A stretch of 64,000 bases of DNA from Takakia lepidozioides (taxonomy: Eukaryota; Plantae; Bryophyta). The notes under the pieces were generated by a model that was given only the letters and a program-made list of their open reading frames with translations, made no database searches and was not told the origin of the DNA. Made by a program: the position numbers and the translations under genes. Positions 24,901 to 37,660 of this stretch are shown here, in pieces. The stretch is taken from NCBI GenBank assembly GCA_030704615.1, contig CM060731.1, forward strand, positions 58,776,001 through 58,840,000, given 5' to 3'. The stretch's first letter is position 1, and every line of letters begins with the position of its first letter.

Positions 24901-26254
24901 TGCGTTGCTCAGCCATAGCCAAGCTGATTACGAGACCGCGTCTGTCACAATGGCTTTGGCTCTCATCACTGAGCCATCTCTAGGATGATCCGGCTGTAGT
25001 CTGATAGCCAACTCACGCCGTGTCATGCCCCGAGCCTGCTCTGATCCTCCCAGAGCTGTCTGTATCTGGAAAGGGCACAACTCCATATCCGCCTCCGTGA
25101 GGCCCAAGCTTGCAATAGCAGCTCTGCCCAGCATCAATGGCTGAGCTCCCGAGTCCAACAAGACTCGCAGTGGCCGGTACCTCTTGCCTGCCGGTCCACT
25201 CAAACAGAAAATGTCATCCTGGTTGTCTAACATGACAACTCCAGGTGTCACCGTGGCGCGCTCAATGGCTGGCCTAGCTGACAGCTCCATCAACCTAGAA
25301 GCTGCAGCTTGCCATGGCGCCGCCATGGCAGTCTTGACCCTCACATCCGAGGATTCCTCCGGCACTACACCTCCCACTATCTCCGCAAAAGATGAAGTAA
25401 CGATGCAAACCATAACACTGGCACTAGAAGCATTCGTGTCATTTACCACTGGGGTAACAACTCATTTTGAGTCGTAAAAGTAAAAAAACTGGGATCGACT
25501 GGAAGTTACAACAGACTAGTTACAACAGACGTGGTAGTTGGGTTGGACATCCAATGATTGGAGTGGTAAAGGACGCAGACGCGCGAACAACTGCTCAACA
25601 ATTAATGCGATTAATGTTGAAGAACCATGTGGCGTAACCAGGCGGGCCGCCCGTGTGTCTGACCTTTTGGGCTGACTTTGATTTTTCCCTCCGGATGAGT
25701 GGACCGACTCACTGAAGCGTGGTGACACATGGACGCGGACGTGGACGACGATGTGGATGCCGACGTGGCGGCGCCACGACGAGCACCACTGCTGCCACGT
25801 GGCCACGGGCCCGGGGCGCCACGTGGTAGAAGACCAAATAACTTGCAGTGCTACATGCCCAATGGCAATTGCGACTGCGGAAGTTGGTGCAACCACTGCT
25901 TTATTACTTTACATGAAGTGCTCGAAATTACTTGAACAATCATTCATAGTGATTCATGCTTTGGAGTTTTGGTGTTTGTAGTGAGTCGACTAGTAATGCC
26001 ATACAAGAGAACTAATCATGCATTAGAAATGCACAAACGATGAAAGACATGCCATGAAACAAAATGAAATGAAAATGAATGGAATGAAACAAAATGGTAC
26101 TTTATTACATCTGCGGAAAGCTCAAAGAGCTTATGGGACAAAATGAAAAACACAAAGTAAAAAAACAGCCCAAAAGCTACTACTGCTCTGGGGATTGCCT
26201 AAGGGTCAAGGCCTCGTGCAAGTCAAGCAGTTCTGATCCTCATAATGCAAGACT

Positions 26255-27348
26255 TCAGTGAGTTCCACGGAATAGACCATCTACCCATGGAGGTTTCTTG
26301 TAGTTATTGATCCACAGGGAATCATAGGTAAATCTTGTGCTTGAAATTTGGCCCTCTAGGATGAATCTGGACCACACTCTATCCCTGCTTCTTCAGCTAT
26401 CCATGCCCCTGCACAAATCATGCATTCATCCTTGCCTTGCTGCTAGTAGCTGACAATGACAACCTACATTTGTTCTAGGAAACACCCAACTCAGCTTATC
26501 ACACTAGTTCCTATGCTCAATTGCATCTGCTACTCTCTGAAATGTAGCAGGCATTCACCTTTTTGCCTCGGTTGTCCCATCATTGACTGGGGGCAGAAAA
26601 GTATTCATTCCACAGCTTCTCCTCATGTCTGTTACTTGTTTTTTGATACTTTCCTGTTGTCACATAGCAGTATCATGTCAAAGTCACTCCAAACTAGATT
26701 CACTCAACCAGTTAACTTGCATAATTCAACATGGAAATTTTGGACCGATTCTAATAAGAGGGAAAAACAGGGTGAAATGTGCTGAAGAAGATGCCTTCAT
26801 TAACAATGTCTGATTTTATCAATTGTGCCGGTGCTGCCAATTGACCATCTACCCATGCAGGTTTCTTGTAGCTTCATAGTTAATCTGGAGCTTGAAGTCT
26901 GGCCCTCTTGGGTGAATCTGCACCCACACTCTATCCTTGCTCCTTCAACTATCCATGCCTCACATGCATACAACCTTGCCTTGTTGCTAGCAGTTGACGA
27001 TGACAGCCTAGACTTGTTCTAGGAAGCACCCAACTCAACTTATCACACTAGTTCCTACGCTCAAGTGCATCTGCTACTCTCTATAATCCAACAAACATTC
27101 ACCTTCTTGCCTCGATTGTCCCACCATTGACTGGGGTCAGAAAAATATTCATTCCACAACTTCTCCTCGTCTGTGTTACCTGTTTCTGATACTTTCCTGT
27201 CGTCACATTGGCAGAATCATGTCAAAGTCACTCCAAACTATCAAAGCTTCACTCAACCAGCTAACTTGCAGAATTCAGACATGAATAATTAGGGGCGATT
27301 CTGATAAGAGGGGAAAACAAGGTGAAATTGAAGAAGGTGCCTTCATTA
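26255..27348 (-). pseudogene. Two tandem ~560-bp units, each encoding an intron-split OSB-type PDF motif (degenerate)
   Basis: 27171-27103 DEEKLWNEYFSDPSQWWDNRGKK|GT..AG|IHPRGPDFK (from 26917). Second unit: exon ending 26559, and from 26366 IHPRGPNFKHKI..DSLWINNYKKPPWV. Confidence 0.75.
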
Positions 27349-27362
27349 GCAGTCATTACACT

Positions 27363-27512
27363 CTATCCTTCGCTCAGCCATATTGTTGAACACTCCCTGT
27401 CCACAAGGGTATTGTTCATAATGACATCTGCCACAATTCCAGCTTTGACGATGCAACCATGGACCTCTTTGCCCTTCCCCAACAGGCTCGCACATGCACT
27501 ACAAACGCAAAC
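27363..27512 (-). pseudogene. PLS-PPR fragment
   Basis: CSACASLLGKGKEVHGCIVKAGIVADVIMNNTLVD. Confidence 0.8.
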
Positions 27513-30149
27513 AACTGGTTGTGGCAAACTGGAAGCAATATGTGTCAGAAGAAACCACTTATACAAATCTACAGCTTACAGGCTGTCTCTATCCTCAAAA
27601 TTGGTAGCACATCACCCGCTGCTATGACATATATTGCCCTAGACACACATTGCCCTAACTGCCATCCCCCAAGATGCTACCCCCACCAGACTTCTCTCAC
27701 TTGGGTCCTTGCAAGGCTGACTTCCAGCTTTGACTCTGTGCATGGGGCCTATCGGACAACATACACCAGCAAGCCCTCCCCCTATCCTGCATCAACTCAT
27801 CTCAGTCTTATCAACTGCACAACGTATGATGGGAGTGAGTGCAACATGGGAAAGAACCACAACACATGATGAACTGTAGGGAAGAAGCAACATCGTGCAA
27901 GTAAAGCAAATGATGAAGCAGAAAGACGAGGCAACATGGGAGAAGGGAAAATGGGGTCCAAGGGCTGAGAAGGTCAACTGGTCAACAATGAGGAACTGGC
28001 TCTAGAGCACTATGTTGATGATTAAAGGGAACAACAAATACATGTGGGGCATCGCAGCAAAGTGCATGCCAACGAGGGTCATAATAGTGCAAGAAAGACT
28101 CCACGGATGGTGGGCAGCCAAGGGCGATGCAGTGAGACAAGGCACTCATGGCAAGGGAGCTGCCAAGACAAAACTGTTGATTAGGCTACGGAGAAAAATG
28201 AAAGCACAAGATCAACTACGAGGAAAAGTAGCAATTCAAGCATGGGAGTTGCTGCTAAAACATGAGGAGGAAGACATAAAAGGTGAAGCATCAAGGGAAC
28301 CAGTAGGAGATGAGGAAGATGGAGCACACTTTCTTGTCAAAGGTTGGCGGCGAAGAATGCAACCCAGCAATCAGAATGTGAGGCACCCGAGGCTGGACTG
28401 CTGCAAAGAGGTACAAAGACAGGAGCTGAGAATGAGATGTTGCATTTCGTTGAAGTTCCCCACACAAGGGCTGTTTGGCAAGCAAAACCCCAAGCAAGGA
28501 TGAGAGGTGAATATGGGATAAAACCAGCAGCTGGGAGTGAGGAAAGACACAAGGAAGGGCAACAATACCTTGTCAAATCTGAGGGTGATGGCTGGAGAAA
28601 ATTAAACAAGGACTGGAAGTATGGGAGCAGCAATCGCATGAAGAAAAATCTGCCTGAGAGGCTGAAGAGTGAAAGGGAGGAAGACAGGCACCTCGCTTAT
28701 GAAAAGTGGAAGGGCAGGGTAGAAAACCTGATGCCTGAAATTGATGGGAGCTCGTGGGAGACTCTGCCAAGAAGACTCCAATCAGCTGTTGCCAACAATC
28801 GGACCAGTGAAAGATCGCCCTTGGCTGGCGCAACACCACAAAATAAGTGCAGCCCTGATAGCATGGTGAGTGGGGCACCAACAGAGCTAGAAAATGAGGG
28901 AGAAGGAGGAGACTTCCCTGCCAAGAAAGTCAATGCGGGCCTGCAGTGGCATGCAAGGAAAGGGACACCGTAAGTGTTGCCAACAGATGTAAATCAGTGC
29001 TCATTCATTCGAAAGCACCACGGGAGATGAAGGAAAAGACACCTGCAGGGACGTTGAAGCATAAAAGAGGAGAGCACTTCACTTGGGAGGAAAGTGAAGC
29101 ATTGGAGAACGAGGCTGATGACTGGCAGTCTGAAAAGGAAAGGCGGTTGTGGGAAACCCTGCCAAGACCCAAGACAACCATATAGAGAGAATCAAGCAGG
29201 TGGGAACTGCCCTTCATTGGGGTGGTGCAAACAAGAGCAAGACCAGAAGCTGAACCACATGAGAAGATAGTGTGTCATCACCGATGGAGACCCTGGAAAA
29301 TGCTCTGCCCAGGAGATGAAGAACATTAGGCAACTAGAAACGTGGGGGCTGAATATGCTCTGCAGTCAACTTGGCTTGTTGAATGCTTGCATAAGAGATG
29401 AGGGGTTGTTGTCAGTACACGGCATTGAGTTCATCAAATCCTACAATAGCCCACCATCGCTACCCACTGCTTACAAACTGCCACAAAAACAGTTTCACAG
29501 GACTTACAGATGATTGGTGGAAGGCAAGGCCCCTCGCCATGGGCCAGATTAATTGTATGTTGCAGCCCAGAACAACGACGGGAAGTCATCTAGGGCAGCA
29601 AACCCCATCTTGGCAGCGTCTTTGTGTGAGAGAAGTCAAGCTGAACCTGCTCATCATATCGAGTGGGATGGACCAGATGTAAAGCTGCCAAGCCAACCAC
29701 ACTCATATTCGCACTCAAGCAACATAAGCTGGAGCCATTTTCAGATTATGAGTACCCGTGTTTTAAGAATACTCCTTCTTCAACTTGCGGTGAACGGGCA
29801 GAAAACTTCACAATGTGCAGCAGATTAATGGACCAAGATGCGGAGCTGAATTGGGTATCCAGTTAGGCAATGCTGGTTTCAAAACCCCGTTCCATCCCTG
29901 CGTTTGAAGATCTGGCTTGAATGGGCACACTCCGGCAGTGGAAGGCTCACGAAGTAAGGAGTTTGGGCTGATATGCATGCTGACATGCCATGCCGGTGCA
30001 AAGAACAACGTTCTGAGTGGCGATTGTGATCTCAAAATCTGCCCCTGCATTCAAGCTGATTTCTCTCTCGAGCAGAACCGCCTTGTGGATGTTCCAGCCA
30101 GTGTCCAAAAACAGCTCAAGTGCAAGACAACAACATCAGCAAGGCATGA

Positions 30150-31020
30150 TTAGCTAAGCAAGGTAATGGTGGAGAGGCATTTGAACTCTCTGAACGTAAT
30201 GTGGTCGGACTTCACCCCCTCCCACATCAACTGCTCATAGGTCTCCAAAACCTGCAATCCCCGCCCCTGTTGTGCATGTCCTGCGATCATCACTTTCCAC
30301 GACACCACATTTCGCTCAGCCATATTGTTGAACACTCCCTATCTAGAAGGGTATTCATGTTCAGAATGACATCTACCACAATTCTAGCTTTGACGATGCA
30401 ACCATGGACCTCTTTGCCCTTCTCCAACAGGCTCGCACATGCACTATAAACACAAACAAACGTAATGTGCTCGGGCTTCACCCCCTAGACCCACATCATT
30501 TGCTCATAGGTCTCCAAAACCTGTAATCCCCGCCCATGTTGTGCATGTCCTGCGATCATCACGTTCCACCACACCACATTTCGCTCAGCCATATTGTTAA
30601 ACACTCCTTGTCCACAAGGGAATGCTCCCACGTTTGGCATACATGTCGACGAGGTATTGTTACATCTGGTACAGTTCCAGCTTTGACAATGTCACGATGG
30701 ACCTCTTTGCCCTTTACCAAGTCTCCAGGGCTGCCAGGTTTGCACATGCATTGCAAACACAAATGAACGTGACCCAGTCAGGCTGCACCTCTTCTCAACA
30801 TTTGCTCATATGTCTCCAATGCCCTCATCCCGCACACATGCTGGCCATATCTTGCGAGATTCAGCGTGTTCCTTGAGACAACATCTTGTTCAGCCATGTT
30901 ATCAAACTCTCCCTTCGCAACTTCATAGGTCTCCAAAGCCTCCATCCCACATCCCTACTGTGCATACCCTGCAAGCATCGCACTCCACGACACTACATCT
31001 CGGCAAAACTGGCTGAAATA
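30150..31020 (-). pseudogene. PLS-PPR fragments (several degenerate motifs)
   Basis: FNNMAERNVVSWKVMIAGHAQQG; GKEVHGCIVKARIVVDVILNMNTLLD. Confidence 0.85.
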
Positions 31021-32830
31021 GCTCGAAGAAGAAGGTGCCCTCACCACATTGTCCTCTACCTTGTGTCATGACCCATTGCGGATTAGACTGACCATGAACC
31101 CAAGAAGACCTCTTGTGCGTGCTGCTTGTATCTCTAGTCAGGTAATGTGGGATTGGTTCGTAAGAACCACCACGGTGCAGCTGAGCGGGCAGAGATTAAA
31201 ATATGGGTTGCTAAGACCAAGCTGATTCCCCCAAGAACCTTGTGATCATCAGGAAGAATACCAAATCATGGTACAAAGGGGAGCCAAGAGCCCACATTTG
31301 CACATAATGCGCCCTTGACGCCATAAACGCTTGCAACAACAGGACATGGGCCTCGATTTGGTCTTCGTCCTTCTCGCATCACTTGTTCCTCTCTCTCTCA
31401 AGCCTCCATCCCTCTCTCAACACTTAGACAAATTCAGGCAAAGGACAAAGTTACTCTTCCACCCTTAGATCATTTTACATCTGACGATTAGAACAATCTC
31501 TACGAGCCACACAAGCCCTAAAATACATTAAAATATTCCACGTCATGAGCCATGTGGAGCACTTATAAAAATTCCATTTTTGAATAGGGTGTGCAATGAA
31601 TGCCTAGTTGTTAAGAGTCGTTCTCTAGTGCTTAAAACCACTTGTAATTGTTGTTTAAAAAAAAAAAACACATTTACGTAATTGAATTAAATCGCCGCAA
31701 ATATTGTGCCGACTGCGGAGTCATTGATGCAACTTCTATCCGCCATTAGAAATGTGAATTTATCCATTACGACTGTGCAGTAGTAACAAACATCTCAAAG
31801 TTGTTCCCTCAGTGGTTTTGGACATACAGTCGATTCGGAAAAGACACGAATGCTTCTAGTGTGGGCCTCTCCATGCCCGTGCTTGCCACAATGCCCACAC
31901 TGCAACTGTGCAGGCTGTGCATGTGCCAGCCCTTTGCCTCCCTCTGGGCAATCCTTCTTGACATGGGGTCCTCCGCATGTCCAGCACACCACATCCGCCC
32001 GTTGTTGGCCAGCAAATGAAGGGAGAGACCCCTGCATCTGAGGTCCTATCTGCCCTTCCTTGAGCTTCACCTGAGCCCCCTTGTTGCCTTGAGCACGTTG
32101 AGGTAGTGGTTGGCTAGGAGCACCACTACCCCGTGGTGTCTCCTTAGCAAATCCTACCATGACCACTCGTTCCTCCACCATGTTGAGCTCTATCCGCTCT
32201 GCAGCAAAAACATATTTGCTAAGGTGGGTTGAGCCGCTTGTAGGAGAGTTGCATCCCGCACCCTTCTCCTCAGCTCCTTGTCCAATATCCCATACCAGAA
32301 TTGGACTGCCTGAGCTTCCGTAACCCCTTGAGTTACATTTATCAAGCGCCTCATGCGAGTGAAAGCCTCCCTCAGGCTCTCAGTCGGCTTCCGTTGGAAC
32401 TCTTGCAAGCTTCACAACTTCTCTGTCCTCACCCCTCGGTAGTTACCTCTCAACTCTTCGAAGAACTCCACGACAGGGTTGGAGGCAGGCACGGGTACTA
32501 GTGCTGGTGCGGTAGTGGCTTGGGTGGACGTCGTAGCTACTGTACCACCAGTCCCATTAGTCCCACTGCTGCTTGCTGAAGATCGACGCTCCACGACATT
32601 GGCACATCTGCGTTCCTTTTCGGCTGTTTGACTCTCCTAATCGGTAATTTGACTTCTATTGGCTCATGCAGCCAGTCAGAGCCTCGCAGAATCTGTCCCC
32701 AAAATTCTCTTACCCAAGGAACCCCTAGGGCGCATTATGGCTCCTAGTTCGTCCCTAGGTCTTGGCCTACCGACCTTGCTCTACTGACTCACTAGGAGCC
32801 ATAATGCGCCATAGGGCGCGTTCTCTAGTA

Positions 32831-33166
32831 CATAACCGGCTGTTTTTGAAATCTCGATGATGTGTCTTGCCCCTAGTGGATGGGAGTCGGCGATAACCCT
32901 TGACCTTCTTCCCAATTTCCCACCTCCTCAACCTACGACTAGGTAGAATGCCGAGATCTGATTGGGCCAGCTGTATCCATAAGCCCCCTCCTCGACCTGA
33001 TTGGCCCAACCGTATCCATAACTGGCTGTTTTGGGAATCTCGATGACGTGTCTGGCCTCTAGTGGCTGAGAGCAGCTTGGGTTATGGGCGATAACCCTCT
33101 ACCTTCTTCCCAATTTCCCACCTCCTCAACCCGCCACTAGGTAGAGCGCTGAGACGTGATTGGGCC
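32831..33166. repeat. Imperfect direct duplication (~140-150 bp, period ~186)
   Basis: cataac.ggctgttt..accttcttcccaatttcccacctcctcaacc..tgattgggcc occurs twice. Confidence 0.8.
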
Positions 33167-33760
33167 GGTCATCTCATGTCACATAGCCGGTGAGAAGGAG
33201 CCGGCTATGTTACTCGGGAGCGTCGAGCCAGTCACAGCGACCTGCTACTGCCCGTAGTGGTCGCGCTCGGTAATGTCACTGTCGCTAAGGATGGAGCAGG
33301 TCATAAAGTGACCTGCTGAGTAGGTCTTTCAGCCCTCTCACATCATAAAGGACACACGAAGGACACACGAAGGACACAAAATACGAGATGAAAAGAAGGC
33401 GCTACAGGAAATAGCAGGCCTCCTCGTACGCAATCAAAACCTGCCACGTCAGCGTGATGCGCACGGCAGTGCGTTACGTAGTCCGTAGCGTGCCCCGGTG
33501 GGGCCCCGTTTTTCTGGTTTATGTCACTGACACGGGATTTTTCCGTTTCCGTGGCTGATAGCGGCCGCGGTGGGGATGCTCGAAAAGAAGAGTACAAAAG
33601 TACATACAAGGTACTTGTAAGAAGAGTATATATAAGGTGACTCCGCAGTCGAGTGAGCCCATCAAGAGCTCCAACACAAGGCTTCCCTCTCCATCGCTCT
33701 GCGGCCCGCGCGCATTCTAGCTTCTTCTCTAACTGTACTAGCTGCAGGGAGGACTGCAGA

Positions 33761-35071
33761 ATGGCTCTTCAGCTCCAGAATGGCGTGTCCCTTTATTGCC
33801 GAAGTGGTGGCCCTACCTTCTTCCCTCGCTCCCTCCCTATAACTTCTGCATTTCAGAAGCGCCCAGTCTTCTCTTCTCCTGTCAAATACTGGTCTAATTC
33901 CCTTCTGGTACGATGCACGGCTAGCAGGCTAGAACTGCAACAATCTGAACATCTAGCAGTTAAGAATCCCACGAACGATGAGATCCAGCTTCCACCTCTC
34001 GTCTCTTCCTTGATCAGCGGCCTCCCACCTCGACAGCAGAGCATGTTTCATGTTGAAGCCCAAGAACGCCTTCTAAAAATAGCACGGCACTGGCAGGTCA
34101 AGTCGTTTGAATTGTCGTCTGGGCGTCTCGTGTTGCAGCTTTGTTTTCAGCGGAGCTGTCAGTTGTGATCGTCTTGTAGCCATCTCTATGGTGTTCGCCC
34201 TCGGGTTCATGTTGGATGATCTTCTCGTTGATTCGCCAAACGACTTGTCCCCCGAGGAGTATGGCATCGATCGCAGCATCCGTGAGAGCCCTCACAAAAT
34301 CGGATCTAGTTCCTCCACAACTTGGACCTCCTCTTCATGCAACAAGAGCCTCCGTGCGATCCCACCCCGATCGAGGGGATAACGTGGGAATTGGGTCAGG
34401 ACACGAGACGCATGTCCACCCCGGGATGGTTCAATACTTTTACAGACGCTATGCTCGAGCACCACAGTGTCCCTTGCCAGCCATGTCGACGTTCTAGGCG
34501 ACCGCTTTAAATATAATTTGAAAGAAAACTTGAGACTTTCACCCAAATGCGCGGCTGGAACTCAGGAGCCTTGTTTAGTGTGAATCTCGTGGAGTTTGGC
34601 AAGAACGTCTTTCTTCCAGACGAGATTCGTGCGCAAAGCACTTTGCAACAGCTGACCAATGCGGCCGTCATTGAGTCCACTATTGTCAACGATATTTTCT
34701 CCTACCCCATGGAGGTGCACGAGAAAGTCAATCCGCGCAATCTAATCAAGGTGGTGATGGAATCTGAAGGCACACTGCTACCCCAAGCTGCGTGGAGAGC
34801 CGTCGACTTGGCGAACTCCTACACTCGCCTCGTTTTGGAGCTGGAGACGCAGTTGGCCGTGTTGGACGCGCAGCCTTGCGCCTTTGCTGTGCGCCGCTAC
34901 GTGGAAGGTGTGAAGGAGCTCATGTCTGGCAACATTCACTGGAGCAGCCTGGACAAGCGCTACCGGCACCCCGACTCAGTTTTCCCAGAGCTCAGGGCCA
35001 TCACCAATGTCTATCACCAACTGCAATGTTCAGACTTAGAACGTGATCAGATGCAGCTGCATCAACTTTGA
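33761..35071 (+). pseudogene. Microbial terpene synthase-like (MTPSL) gene, apparently intronless, with frameshifts; probable plastid transit peptide
   Basis: LDDLLVD aspartate-rich motif, NSE motif NDIFSYPME, WSSLDKRY and RHPDSVFPEL spread over three frames; Ser/Arg-rich N-terminus ending VRC; TATA-like sequence at 33627-33635. Confidence 0.85.
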
Positions 35072-35999
35072 TATATTTTACCCATCACTGAGTCACAATG
35101 TCGACCATATATGTTCCTCATATATATGTCGGCATGCTTGATCTGCACAGGACTTGATATATTTTCATGTATATATGTCATAATGTAATGCAACTGGCGT
35201 TACTCATAGCACCGTTTGTCTATATTAGAATTCTATAACGATTTGGAATCTGCATATATGATGCTGCTGCTTTTGATCTGCCATCTCATGTTTTGGAAAC
35301 GAAAGAGAAAAAGGTGGTGCAAAGAAAATTCCTGGATCCAATCTGAGTGACCTTCTCTGGCGACTGTAACTCAATTAAAGACTCGGTTCCTCTCCTTCCC
35401 TGACCAAAAGAAGCTCTACTGTGGGCCCTCCTCATTTGAAAAGAACTTAGAATTGCTTGATTCAACCAGAGAATAAGAACAGAAAGAGTGTACATAGGGC
35501 AGTCCTATTGCTGAGGGCCTGACCTGGGCCTGACAATTGATTGAAGTGACTTCGGGCCTACTAGCCTTTCAGATCACCTGGAGTGTGGGATGTGAACTTC
35601 ATCAATGCTGTTCACTCCAGGCATCATATTTACAAGGATGCCAATTATCCCTTCGTTGCGTGACTGCAAGTACCATCAGACCACATGGTCCCATCTGTGT
35701 GGGAATGGACTCGACGATTTCTAGCATATATCTTATGTAAACAGAGACCTTTGTATAAATACTGAAACAGATTGTTTACTTGCACGAGTATAGGGGAGTG
35801 GGGCTGAGGAACATTTCTTCTTGCACTATCCACTCTATTATGAAATCGGGGCCTGCTACTACGACCTGTTCAGAGACAGCCAATCCCTTACAGAGGTCTT
35901 GCTTTCATCATGAGGATCAGTTATACCTGGCTGCATATCTATGTATGAAGCTCTCAACCTTTGCAAATCTCCTGATTCCGAACAGAGGTTTTTGGGCTG

Positions 36000-36660
36000 C
36001 TTGTAGAGGGCCCCTGACTTTCTTGTTTCCTGTTTTCTTGGTCCCATAAGCTTTTCAGCTTCCTGTGAACATAAAGCAGAGGATCAACTCTGAAGTAGGA
36101 AAAACCAAGATTTGCCGCATTATTAGGCATGCCTTGGATTACGATTCTGCAGTGCGTGTTGACAACTCCAACCAGGCTAAGTCTCTAGATCCATTCAAGT
36201 GGTGGTGCTCAAATGCTCCAAAACAGCTCATGTGGCTGTTCAGGGTGAATTTGGCATTCCTCCCTTGAGCTCCCGACACGATGAATTCAAGGTCAGATGG
36301 TGGGGTCAGCTGCAACGTACGTATGACTAATATCAGATGAAAGCAAACAGATGCAGAGAGGAAAGGGGGATTGCAAATTCCCACTGTGTGCGCAGAAGAC
36401 AAAATCCACTTTCTGATTCATTGTCCTGGGTACTCTCACCAGAGAGACACCCTCTTCAAATCCATCAAGGGATTTGTTCCTGTACCTCTGTTTACCAACT
36501 TCGAAAATCTCAAGGCTTGTTTGCCTGCGTGGAAAGGGTCTTATATCATGCAATCATGCAATCATGCTGCGACTAATGCCAAAATCTGCAGATGTTACAT
36601 ACAACAATAGATCCCAACCCAGGCCCAACCAAGGCCAATTAGCAAACACCTGTTAATTCC
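36000..36660 (+). mobile_element. Decayed 3' part of a non-LTR retrotransposon
   Basis: REER..CAEDKIHFLIHCPGYSHQR resembles the C-terminal EDxxHFLxxCPxY motif; boundaries uncertain. Confidence 0.45.
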
Positions 36661-37660
36661 AAAACATGGCCCTGAACTGAAGCAAGCGACAAGAGCTCCC
36701 CACAGTCCAAATTTCTGATCCGACTCAATAACACGGTTTTTGCTGCTGTCACATGGTCACATGGTCACATGATGTCTGGTAAGGGTGGTAGCAGCTACAG
36801 GGGTAAGGTGCGATGTACAAAACGTTTTGGAACTGGGGCAGCAGCCTAACAATATGAGGGCCTACAGATTGGTTGCAAGCTTTGAGGATGAGATGGCTAG
36901 TGAAGATGTTAGACCAGCTCCGGTGTATCTTTGGGTGTTGCTAGAGAGAGGATCAGATGACCTTGCTGAGATGGTGCTCGATGTGCTTAAAGTTCTGGAT
37001 AGAGGACTTCCGTCAGGAGTTACATAGTTCAGAATCGCAGGTGCCACTTCGACACAGACTTATAGAGGGCGGGTACCTTTGATGACCCTCCTTCGACAGC
37101 ACTGCTGTGCGGCCCATTCACAAAGCCAATTCAGTTTCTTGCTTGGACAACATTAGAAGCAGCTGTGGATATCAACTGATGGACGTACAAGTTGAGGTTC
37201 CGGTGATTCGGAACATAACCTTCTTGGTTGCCCTGTTGCTAACTTGTGAGGATGTCATGCAACTCACTGTAGGTCTGTTCTGGATCACATTGAGATGATG
37301 AAATCACTTCATACTGCCTCTTCTGATCTCATTTGGCCGTTTTTCTTGAGCACAGGATGTGCATCATCAATCTGAAAAAGGCTCATCCCTCTTCACTCCT
37401 CGTGGTAAATGTTTGTAGCAGGTGTCAACGTGTATCATCCACCACTACCATGGAGAACCACCACTGAACTACCCAGCCTTCCCTAATCTCTGGGCTTTCC
37501 TTTGTTTCATAATTCAGTGACCCTCCAACCCCAGTAACGTCATACCTGCTTGGCCTTTGCACTCTGGGGAAGTTCTGAGCATGAAGATCCATCTACCGTT
37601 TTCTTTGAGTTATAACAAGAAGTTATCAAGTCTCCACCTTCCCCTCCAAAGCAACACACT

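Larger units (their letters stand above)
25422..31861. mobile_element. Non-autonomous CACTA (Pack-CACTA-like) element, 6440 bp
   Basis: 19-bp perfect TIR cactagaagcattcgtgtc at both ends; 3-bp TSD TGG (25419-21 and 31862-64); flanks rejoin to the gag sequence seen at ~6917-6950; no transposase ORF seen. Confidence 0.92.
21730..32595 (-). mobile_element. Second, internally deleted and 5'-truncated member of the same Gypsy family, interrupted by a CACTA element
   Basis: A (21730-21948), B (21949-22276), ac, A (22279-22475), PPT; integrase-PHD 22734-24430 with stops; protease piece 24928-25400; gag resumes 31862-~32595; DNMT and most of RT/RH are missing. Confidence 0.9.

Noticed and set aside
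27530-30140. ORFs such as 28344-28973 as genes
   Set aside because: No recognisable domain; only a faint RNase H-like trace near 29950-30010; probably decayed transposon sequence.
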